Assembly: GCA_965648915.1 (NCBI GenBank)
Contig: CBFGIV010000054.1
Span: forward strand, 1 to 15,617
Direction: 5' to 3'
DNA from: a candidate division WOR-3 bacterium
Lineage (GTDB): Bacteria; Hydrothermota; Tepidihabitantia; SM23-42; CAYGYG01
Length of the DNA stretch: 15,617 bases
Shown: positions 1-7,008 of the stretch, piece after piece
Layout: every line of letters starts with the position of its first letter
Position numbering within the stretch: the stretch's first letter is position 1
The notes under the pieces: model-generated
What the model was told of the DNA's origin: nothing
The model's input: only the letters and a program-made list of their open reading frames with translations
The model's database searches: none
Program-made: the position numbers and the translations under genes

Positions 1-158
1 TTCTCAAAATTAACAATATCGCTTTCATCATTTATAATCTTCTCTTTAAGAACCTGAACTTCGGACAGGATATTTCTCTTAAGTTCTTTTATCCTCCGTT
101 GAAAATCATCTATCCTTATTTCTCCTTTTCTACATACTAAAATTGGTAATAGTTTCAT
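1..158 (-). CDS. Hypothetical protein, 5' part only (runs off the left edge of the window)
   Basis: Not in the ORF track. The ATG at 158-156 overlaps the TGA of the upstream methyltransferase (ATGA overlap) and is preceded by AAGGAG. The frame is open to the edge: MKLLPILVCRKGEIRIDDFQRRIKELKRNILSEVQVLKEKIINDESDIVNFE... Confidence 0.8.
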   Translation of the reverse strand, partial: MKLLPILVCRKGEIRIDDFQRRIKELKRNILSEVQVLKEKIINDESDIVNFE

Positions 159-961
159 TCAAGTGTCTCCTTTTTGCATCGAATATAAAGAAAAAGGGCA
201 GCATGTTTATACCATTTTTTCCATTCCGGGAATTTCTTTAAAGACGATTTTTCAGGTCTTGGCTCTTCAATATCCTTCAAGATAAAGCCATTCTTTATCA
301 GAGTTTTTAATATTTTTGAGAGAGGTAAATAAAAGGCTGGTAATTTAAATGGTAAAACCTTTCTTGATGCCTTATGAAACCTCCATTCTTCTATTCTAAC
401 TCTTTCATCAAAATAATGGGATACAGTCAATCTGTCTTCGCCACCCACCCTGATCCAGTTAAATCCTTTTGTAATAAAACAGGGATGCAAAATGCTGAAA
501 ATAAATTCGCCACCAGGACGAAGAACCCTAAAAATTTCCTTTACTGCTTTATCAAAATTTGGGCTATCCATCATCGCCATCGTTGAAATTACCAGATCAA
601 AATAGTCATTTTCAAAGATTTTAAGGTTAGTAAAAGATGAAACATAGTATTTTATGCCAAGGGGATTTCTTTTTTCTTCTTGAGTGGCATAATCAATTAA
701 TTTCTTTGAAATATCAATTCCAACAACCTTCGCACCCATCCTGGCAAAAATCCTTGTATTATAACCCTCAGCACAACCTGCGTCCAGAACCTTTTTACCT
801 TTTATTTTTCCAACGAATTTCAAGAAAGCCGGGTTATTAAAACATTCCCGATAAATATCCTTTCTTTTGCGCACCTGACAGGTCCATATTTTAGCATTCT
901 TATCCCAGTATCGGGCAACCTCTTCTTCTTTTATACCCTTCAAAATTTTAATCTGTTTCAT
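155..961 (-). CDS. Class I SAM-dependent methyltransferase (Methyltransf_11/25-like)
   Basis: 268 aa. Motif I VLDAGCAEG, acidic end of beta2 (VVGIDIS), FDLVIS, and EIFRVLRPGGEFIFSILHP. Confidence 0.9.
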   Translation of the reverse strand: MKQIKILKGIKEEEVARYWDKNAKIWTCQVRKRKDIYRECFNNPAFLKFVGKIKGKKVLDAGCAEGYNTRIFARMGAKVVGIDISKKLIDYATQEEKRNPLGIKYYVSSFTNLKIFENDYFDLVISTMAMMDSPNFDKAVKEIFRVLRPGGEFIFSILHPCFITKGFNWIRVGGEDRLTVSHYFDERVRIEEWRFHKASRKVLPFKLPAFYLPLSKILKTLIKNGFILKDIEEPRPEKSSLKKFPEWKKWYKHAALFLYIRCKKETLE

Positions 962-964
962 AAA

Positions 965-1744
965 TTATATCTTTTTTGGCTGCTTAATATAATTCCATTG
1001 CTCTCTTTGCGAGCATTTTTGCTTTTCAATAATTGCAATATAGCTTCCACCATCTCCATTAATAAATTTCTTAATTTTCCAATCTGTATCCTTTAGTAGA
1101 TTTTTCATCTCTTCTTTTGAAACTAAAAGATAATCAAACCAAGGGGTCACATATCTTTTATATCTTAGTCTTAATCTTAATTGCCCGGGCATTAGACCTC
1201 TTTTTTTATTCAATTTATGATATTCAATATGAAATGGTTCTTTTGTTTTGTATGGATCTCTGGATTCTGCTATTATCCTTGCATCCGGCGTTGTCATTTT
1301 ATAGAATCTTTTAAGCAGATATTTTAATCTTTTTTTATTTCCAAAAAGACCAAAATTATTTCCTAACATTAAAATTGTATCAAATTTACCAAGTTTGGAA
1401 CTAACTTCTGTTACGGATAGAACCTTTGCCTTCTCGAGCCCCCTTAATTCACATACCTTTATTGCCAGAGGAGAAATATCAATTCCCAAAACATCAATAC
1501 CTTTTTCCTGCAAATAGAGAGAATGTCTTCCCACCCCACAGCCGATATCAAGGACTTTTCCCTTCACATATTTCATTGCTTCTTTCTCATATTTCCCCCA
1601 ATCTTTATATTCCAAGAAATACAGTTGAGGACCTCCTCCACTATCAAAATATCCATCATCTCTTTCAATTATTGCAAAACTTCTTTTACCCTTAAAGTAA
1701 TCCATAAAAGACCAGCCATAAGCATCTTGAAATTTCTTTAGCAT
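965..1744 (-). CDS. Class I SAM-dependent methyltransferase
   Basis: 259 aa. VLDIGCGVGRH, VLGIDISP and FDTILMLGNNFG motifs. SD GGAGG lies just upstream of the ATG. Confidence 0.9.
   Translation of the reverse strand: MLKKFQDAYGWSFMDYFKGKRSFAIIERDDGYFDSGGGPQLYFLEYKDWGKYEKEAMKYVKGKVLDIGCGVGRHSLYLQEKGIDVLGIDISPLAIKVCELRGLEKAKVLSVTEVSSKLGKFDTILMLGNNFGLFGNKKRLKYLLKRFYKMTTPDARIIAESRDPYKTKEPFHIEYHKLNKKRGLMPGQLRLRLRYKRYVTPWFDYLLVSKEEMKNLLKDTDWKIKKFINGDGGSYIAIIEKQKCSQREQWNYIKQPKKI
984..1025 (-). pseudogene. Remnant 3' end of a second iron-sulfur flavoprotein gene, overprinted by the methyltransferase C-terminal tail
   Basis: An alternative frame reads KAKMLAKRAMELY*, against NARKLAKRIMELYK in the neighbouring flavoprotein (1864-1823). 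9/13 residues are identical, and 6 of those 9 use synonymous codons. Confidence 0.65.
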
Positions 1745-1795
1745 CTTGCCTCCGGAAAAATATTTACCTCCTTTTCCCTTGCTATATCAAATAGC

Positions 1796-2368
1796 CTAAA
1801 CCTGCGTTTGTTTTTTTATCATCTTATACAATTCCATTATCCTTTTGGCAAGTTTTCTCGCATTTTGCATCGCCCGTTTATCTTTTTTTACATTACCGAC
1901 TTTGGCACCGCCTTGACCAATAACACTGCCCGCATATATGTTATCAGGAATGAAAAATTGAGAGATTGCTTGAACTACAAGACGCCCGCCATAACTACCA
2001 ATATCATTTGTAACTACCGCAGCCCCAATTTTGTTTACCAAACTATCTTTCTCGTATAAAGAAACCGTTCTGTCGATCAGCATTTTCAATTGAGCACTCA
2101 CCATTCCGAAATAGGTTGGTGAACCGAGGATTATAACATCTGCCTTCTCCATCTCTTTAATTATCCATTTTATATCATCATCAATCACACAATCTATATT
2201 TTCCTTCCAGCACCTATCACAGGAATCACAAGGATTTATATTAAGACCTGCAAGTGAGATAAATCTTTTCTTCACACCTTTACCTTTTGTATGCCTTAAG
2301 ACTTCTTTTACTAATATTGTAGTATTGCCATTTTTTCTTGGGCTACCAGATATGCCAATTACATACAT
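1796..2368 (-). CDS. Iron-sulfur flavoprotein (Isf) / multimeric flavodoxin WrbA-family, NADPH-dependent FMN reductase fold
   Basis: 190 aa. FMN-binding GISGSPRKNGNT, compact CX2CX2CX6C motif (CDSCDRCWKENIDC) and LGSPTYFGMVSAQLKMLIDR. SD GGAGG. Confidence 0.92.
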   Translation of the reverse strand: MYVIGISGSPRKNGNTTILVKEVLRHTKGKGVKKRFISLAGLNINPCDSCDRCWKENIDCVIDDDIKWIIKEMEKADVIILGSPTYFGMVSAQLKMLIDRTVSLYEKDSLVNKIGAAVVTNDIGSYGGRLVVQAISQFFIPDNIYAGSVIGQGGAKVGNVKKDKRAMQNARKLAKRIMELYKMIKKQTQV

Positions 2369-2442
2369 ATTTTACCTCCCCGTATCAGTTAAACACCTAA
2401 TCCGGATCATCCTCACTCAAGCCCAGATACTCTGAAATAAGA

Positions 2443-2476
2443 GAGATTCTTCGCTAATGCTCCGCTCAGAATGACA
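2443..2476. repeat. Solo REP-like palindromic unit (TGTC-tagged type)
   Basis: GAGATTCTTCGC-N9-GCTCAGAATGACA. It has the same length and identical 12-bp and 13-bp flanks as the unit at 5640-5673, and is intergenic. Confidence 0.85.
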
Positions 2477-2504
2477 GAAAGGAATAAAGATTGCTAAAAT
2501 AGGT

Positions 2505-3350
2505 TTAGAATTTGTCTCGGCATTTTTCACATTCCAATTTCATCCTTCTTAAAATCTCATCTTTTGATGCACCTAATAGCCAGCTTTCTTCCTTGCCATT
2601 TATAAAGACCCCATAACCATGGGCATATTTTTGGATTACTTTTTCTTCTAACTCGTTTGAAAACAACTCTTTTATTATTACTACATCTTTAAAAATCTTT
2701 AAAGTGTCCTTAAATAATTCAACACTTAAAACATTGTGGGGACACACACCGCTCCAGAAAATTTCTACAAGAATCTTACCTGAAGGAATTTTTGATTTAT
2801 ATTCATATCGTGGCTTGAATCTGGGGATTTCAGCCGATTTAAATTCCTTAAACATAAGGACATCTTTAATCTCACTTCCTCTTTCTCCAACTTTTTTATA
2901 CCCAAATTTTTCAAAGAAAGAATAAGGCATCCATTTTGGATGATTATGAGCCACAACCGCAATACCCTTACTCAATTTTTTCGCATTAAGTTCCACCTCT
3001 TCAAGTAAAAGTTTACCATAACCCTTACCTCTATATCTAAAATTTGGCATAATACTAACGCAATTAATCAAAACAATATCTTTACCAGTAATTTCTGTTT
3101 GTGTTTCAACAGGTAAATAATCAATAAACCCTATTGGGTTTTCTTTTTCATATAAAATTTTCGCATTATAACCCAATTTTAACCGCTTCTCTATCCAATT
3201 GACTTTTAATTTTGCACCCCTATAAAGAGACTCTCTAACCCTTTTGATACTTACACCAGTATTTTTCGCAAGTCTTTTCGTCCATTCCCTACAAATACAG
3301 GGCTCAATTATATCTTTTAGATTATCAAAAGTTAAATTCTTAATTTCCAT
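2505..3350 (-). CDS. GNAT-family N-acetyltransferase with a C-terminal YoaP-like/thioredoxin-like domain
   Basis: 281 aa. PIGFIDYLP, acetyl-CoA motif A (YRGKGYGKLLL), FFEKFGY, and a C-terminal EIFWSGVCP...YGVFING segment. Confidence 0.85.
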   Translation of the reverse strand: MEIKNLTFDNLKDIIEPCICREWTKRLAKNTGVSIKRVRESLYRGAKLKVNWIEKRLKLGYNAKILYEKENPIGFIDYLPVETQTEITGKDIVLINCVSIMPNFRYRGKGYGKLLLEEVELNAKKLSKGIAVVAHNHPKWMPYSFFEKFGYKKVGERGSEIKDVLMFKEFKSAEIPRFKPRYEYKSKIPSGKILVEIFWSGVCPHNVLSVELFKDTLKIFKDVVIIKELFSNELEEKVIQKYAHGYGVFINGKEESWLLGASKDEILRRMKLECEKCRDKF

Positions 3351-3415
3351 TATTCCAGTCCATAAATCTGCCTCGTTGCAAGATACCGGAAAAATCTATT
3401 TATATGGGAGTGCGA

Positions 3416-5152
3416 TTATTTGAACAAAATCTTCCCGAAATTTTCAGGGTCGTGTCCAAAAGGTAATGACCAGTAACCTTCGCCAATGCGAGTCTGGAGG
3501 CGTCTGAAATTGAAACCCCATTCCTTTTCGTTATATGGAGCAAGTCCCTTCTTGGGAATTCTAATCTCAAGTATCCAGGCATTTTCTTCCCTGCCTGATT
3601 TTACTACCCATGGTCCATTCCATTTCAAATCCTTAATACTTTTACCATTTTCAATTGTGCACAGCCGATCAAATACCACACCATTACTGTTGATAATAAC
3701 CTGACAATAATCCTTCTGGTCAGAGTTGCTATCAAAGAAGAACCAGATATTATCATCTGTATAGGTTGGACCATCCTGTTCTGTGGCAACTGCCTTTAGT
3801 TTTGGAAAATCGCTTTCAAAGCACCTTGCTGCGAGGTAAAGATTCTCTTTATCGTGGGCAATATAGATTTCGGTCCTCTCAACCGGTGCCAATGATAGCC
3901 CATCATAACTACCTAAATTGGTAATTGATCTTATCTCTTTCCATACAGCGTCATTTAAATTACCATCAATCTCTGGAATCGCACGCACCCGTTTGACTGA
4001 ATAAATCCGCTTAAACGGTAGGGAAGTCTTCAAAGTGCATACTTTGCCGTGAACAAATGGATAGGCAACTGAGAATTGAGGAACAGGAAAGACATTTGAA
4101 CCATTGAGGACAAGGAGATTAAATCCCAGGTCAATCTTTTCTTTAGGTCCAATTCTTAAATTGAGTTGACGAGGTGCAATTTTATAAAGGGTGGAATCAT
4201 AATCCCACTGGAGAGATTGTATTAAAGAATCTTCTTCCGAATTTGTAATTGTGACAGTAAAGTTCTTTAAAGACTTTGTTACGCCTTCTTCCACCTCATT
4301 GCCAGTAACCTTTATTGCTTCCTTTTCTGCCCTTTTTATCAATTGCTGTTCATCAAATGTAACTATTTCAGGTGGGAAGACGCTTCCTTTTTTGATGACT
4401 GCGATATTGATTTCTTTTCCGTTGACTGTGACCAGAAGATAGTGGTAAAAGTCTCCGCGCACAAATTCATTCGTCTCCATTTCACCACCCGAGCTCCCGA
4501 CATTAATAAACTGAATATTACCCTTTTTGAGATAAGTATAGGTATGACGATGACCGCTGAAGACTACCCTTACTGGATATTTTTGAAAAAGTTCAATAAG
4601 CGAATCAGGGGTGTTATTTTCAAATGAATAGAACCAGGTTGGCACATGGAAAAAGACAAAGATATTTTCTACATTTTTATTTGCCTCCAAGTCATTTCTG
4701 AGCCATTCCAACTGCTCCCGGTCCATCTCTTGAGGAAATAACCATTCAAGCATTGTATTATCCAAGATAATAAAATGACTATTTTCGTAATTAAAAGAGT
4801 AGTAGCGATTAAAATTAGTCTTCGCCTTAAATATCTCTCTATCTTTTTCTTTCTGAATATCGTGATTCCCGGGTACAAAATAGAATGGACAGGGAAGAAT
4901 TTTTATAGTCGCCAGTATTGAATCCCATTGGTGAACTATCGCTATAGTATCTTCAGTATACCCTTCAATGAGGTCACCAATATTTATTACAAAGTCAGGC
5001 TTCAGGAGATTGACTTCAGCGATTATCTCCTCAAATATGTTTCCAACTGCTCCTCCGGTTCTATCACCAATTATTATAAAGCGAAAATCCGAACCAGCAT
5101 AGGACAGAAGGAACAGGACCATAAGAAACAGAATTTTTCGCTTAGTAGACAT
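3416..5152 (-). CDS. Secreted calcineurin-like metallophosphoesterase with a C-terminal CBM9/DOMON-like sugar-binding domain
   Basis: 578 aa with an N-terminal signal peptide (MSTKRKILFLMVLFLLSYA). Metal motifs GD, GDLIEG, PGNHD, FFHVP and SGHRH. C-terminal PEIDGNLNDAVW...HDKENLYLA...WILEIRIP pattern. SD GGGAGG. Confidence 0.88.
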   Translation of the reverse strand: MSTKRKILFLMVLFLLSYAGSDFRFIIIGDRTGGAVGNIFEEIIAEVNLLKPDFVINIGDLIEGYTEDTIAIVHQWDSILATIKILPCPFYFVPGNHDIQKEKDREIFKAKTNFNRYYSFNYENSHFIILDNTMLEWLFPQEMDREQLEWLRNDLEANKNVENIFVFFHVPTWFYSFENNTPDSLIELFQKYPVRVVFSGHRHTYTYLKKGNIQFINVGSSGGEMETNEFVRGDFYHYLLVTVNGKEINIAVIKKGSVFPPEIVTFDEQQLIKRAEKEAIKVTGNEVEEGVTKSLKNFTVTITNSEEDSLIQSLQWDYDSTLYKIAPRQLNLRIGPKEKIDLGFNLLVLNGSNVFPVPQFSVAYPFVHGKVCTLKTSLPFKRIYSVKRVRAIPEIDGNLNDAVWKEIRSITNLGSYDGLSLAPVERTEIYIAHDKENLYLAARCFESDFPKLKAVATEQDGPTYTDDNIWFFFDSNSDQKDYCQVIINSNGVVFDRLCTIENGKSIKDLKWNGPWVVKSGREENAWILEIRIPKKGLAPYNEKEWGFNFRRLQTRIGEGYWSLPFGHDPENFGKILFK

Positions 5153-5219
5153 TATAACCTCCCTTCATAATCATTTAGTTTCTGAAATGTTTAATATTTG
5201 CTTCCCTACTTTATTGGCA

Positions 5220-5444
5220 CTAAATCCGTTTCTGTCTTAAAATTCCGACGCCAATTGCAATGCCTAATATTCCCGTTAATCCCAAAATTACGGCTATCAT
5301 AATTCCAACTGTGCAGTTATAGTTATGTAGAGTATTTAATGCTTGAGGTATTCCTTTTAAAGAAACAAGAAGAAAAATAATCCCAGCACCAACAAGTATG
5401 AAAGACAAAAGACGCAGTAGTTTAGTTCTTTCTAAAAATTTCAT
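5220..5444 (-). CDS. Small membrane protein with two predicted transmembrane helices
   Basis: 74 aa with two hydrophobic stretches and basic termini. Strong SD AAGGAGG 5 nt before the ATG. Confidence 0.75.
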   Translation of the reverse strand: MKFLERTKLLRLLSFILVGAGIIFLLVSLKGIPQALNTLHNYNCTVGIMIAVILGLTGILGIAIGVGILRQKRI

Positions 5445-5536
5445 CGTTGCCTCCTTGTATAGACAAACAACTCCCTTGTTTTTCTGATTAACTTTTATTT
5501 CTCTCTTTAATTAACGAGTCTTATTTTAACTACATT

Positions 5537-5688
5537 GAGACTGTGTCATAACCCCCATTTTGTTGTTTTTGTCATTCTGAACACATTCGCTTTGCTCAGT
5601 GTAAACTCCGTGAAGAATCTCAGTTTTTCAATATTTTTTGAGATTCTTCGCCCCTTTGGGGCTCAGAATGACATTGTGATACAGCCTC
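5537..5688. mobile_element. Non-autonomous MITE-like element (152 bp) with 15-bp terminal inverted repeats and an internal inverted pair of REP-like units
   Basis: TIRs GAGACTGTGTCATAA (5537-5551) and TTGTGATACAGCCTC (5674-5688) match at 12/15. The element is flanked by the direct repeat ATT (5534-5536, 5689-5691). No transposase is present. Confidence 0.7.
5570..5673. repeat. Inverted dimer of TGTC-tagged REP-like palindromes
   Basis: TGTCATTCTGA (5570-5580) pairs 11/11 with TCAGAATGACA (5663-5673). GAAGAATCTCA (5612-5622) pairs 11/11 with TGAGATTCTTC (5639-5649). There is an internal GCCCC-TTT-GGGGC hairpin at 5650-5662. Confidence 0.9.
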
Positions 5689-5694
5689 ATTATA

Positions 5695-5722
5695 ATTATA
5701 AAAAAATTAATAAAAATGTCAA
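5695..5722 (-). promoter_or_regulatory. Sigma70-type promoter for the left gene block
   Basis: The minus strand reads TTGACA (5722-5717)-N16-TATAAT (5700-5695). Both hexamers are perfect consensus and lie in an intergenic region. Confidence 0.8.
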
Positions 5723-5741
5723 GCATAATCATAAAGGCTTT

Positions 5742-6422
5742 TCATACTATCTCAATACCTCCTATCGCTGAAAGAAATACCTTACCAATATAAATGGAAT
5801 CTAATTTAAGAGCGTGCTTTGCAAACATCATATTTACATCATTCTTATCAAAGTATCTTTTATAAATAGTAAACTTTTTGCCGTTATGCAAAATTCTTTC
5901 TTGCAGCCCTTTTTTTTTGCGAAATTGTTTGCGTTTCTCACTCCATGCAGAATCTATAATCATTATTTTTGCGTCAAATTTAAGAATCTTTTTAAGTTTT
6001 TCAAAAAATATCGTCTCTTTCTCCGGGGTTAAATGACTTATAAAAAATCCTATAAGTGCACTGTCAAAAAGGCATTTACCAAAAGATATTTCAAAAAAAT
6101 CACCTTGGAAATATTCACATTTATCTTTTAATTTCAGTTTATCAATCCTCTTTTTACATTCTATAAGCATTCTTTCTGATTGGTCAAGCAGTGTAATTTT
6201 TGAGCAATTGGGGGCATAATAGGAAAGCCAGAATCCTGTTCCGCACCCAATATCAATTAAATGACCCTTGCCAAAATTTGAAACCATCTTGATGATTTTT
6301 GCCTCATCTTTTTTATAAGCATCAGAGTCAGGGATAGCCGGACCTTTTCCCTCATAAATCTCATCATACTCTTCCGCCCTTTCGTTGTAGTAAGAAAATA
6401 ATTGTTTTTGAAATTTAGGCAT
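5742..6422 (-). CDS. Class I SAM-dependent methyltransferase
   Basis: YYNERAEEYDEIY N-terminus, LIDIGCGTGFW motif I, LLDQS and FFISHL. I prefer the ATG at 6422 (MPKFQK); the TTG at 6440 in the ORF track is an alternative start. Confidence 0.88.
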   Translation of the reverse strand: MPKFQKQLFSYYNERAEEYDEIYEGKGPAIPDSDAYKKDEAKIIKMVSNFGKGHLIDIGCGTGFWLSYYAPNCSKITLLDQSERMLIECKKRIDKLKLKDKCEYFQGDFFEISFGKCLFDSALIGFFISHLTPEKETIFFEKLKKILKFDAKIMIIDSAWSEKRKQFRKKKGLQERILHNGKKFTIYKRYFDKNDVNMMFAKHALKLDSIYIGKVFLSAIGGIEIV

Positions 6423-6457
6423 ATAAAACCTTAGGTGCAATCAGAGAGATAATAAAA

Positions 6458-7000
6458 CTATAATTCCAGCCTCATAAGCGGAAATTCTTTATCGTCTTTA
6501 TGAATTTTGAAACCATTTTTCAGATAGAAATCAACCGGGCCAGATGGATTTTCAGGATTATTTTTTCTTGCGAAAGTCTCTACCGCTTTTATCTTTCTCA
6601 GGCTCAAATCGTCAATTATACTCTGAAGTAGTTTCCTACCAAGCCCCATCCTTCTAAAATCTCTTTGCACGATAAAAAAACAAGAAATTAAAACTGCATC
6701 CTCATCGGGCTTTATTGGATAACGAAATGCATTTGGCAAAAACTCGGGCGGGGCATACTGGGCATAACCAACAGGTCTCTTATTAACATAAAGAATCCTG
6801 CCGCAGTTGCCAAATTTATTCGAGGTATTCTTTAACCAGGCCATCTTTTTTTGCAGGTTTTCTTCCTTTTTCTCTTTTTCCGGGTCTATGCATTCCTCAG
6901 GATATTCCCAGTAGATGCAATACTTGCAACTATAGGGATGGTTATCCCATTCCGGAGCATCTTTCAAGTTCTCTATCGTTAAAGTTGTAATTTCAATCAT
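6458..7000 (-). CDS. GNAT-family N-acetyltransferase
   Basis: 180 aa. CKYCIYWE, PVGYAQYAP, ISCFFIV, motif A FRRMGLGRKLL, and FYLKNGF. Confidence 0.9.
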   Translation of the reverse strand: MIEITTLTIENLKDAPEWDNHPYSCKYCIYWEYPEECIDPEKEKKEENLQKKMAWLKNTSNKFGNCGRILYVNKRPVGYAQYAPPEFLPNAFRYPIKPDEDAVLISCFFIVQRDFRRMGLGRKLLQSIIDDLSLRKIKAVETFARKNNPENPSGPVDFYLKNGFKIHKDDKEFPLMRLEL

Positions 7001-7008
7001 ATCTTATC

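Noticed and set aside
155..157. Selenocysteine or stop-codon readthrough at TGA-ending genes
   Set aside because: The TGA stops at 155 and 13842 overlap the next gene's ATG (translational coupling), the proteins appear complete, and I saw no SECIS-like hairpin.
2397..2441. Possible further gene-tail remnant (minus strand LISEYLGLSEDDPD*) beside the solo palindrome
   Set aside because: It looks protein-like but has no homolog in the window to support it and is too short to call without a search.
2443..5673. CRISPR array from the repeated 34-bp unit
   Set aside because: The copies are dispersed or inverted, are not regularly spaced with unique spacers, and no cas genes are present.
5535..5771. 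78-aa plus-strand ORF from the ORF track
   Set aside because: It runs through the palindromic element and the opposite-strand promoter and has no SD, so it is most likely spurious.
1..7000. Classical integron cassette array
   Set aside because: I found no RYYYAAC...GTTRRRY attC structures in the intergenic regions, several gene gaps are too short to hold one, and no integrase is in the window.
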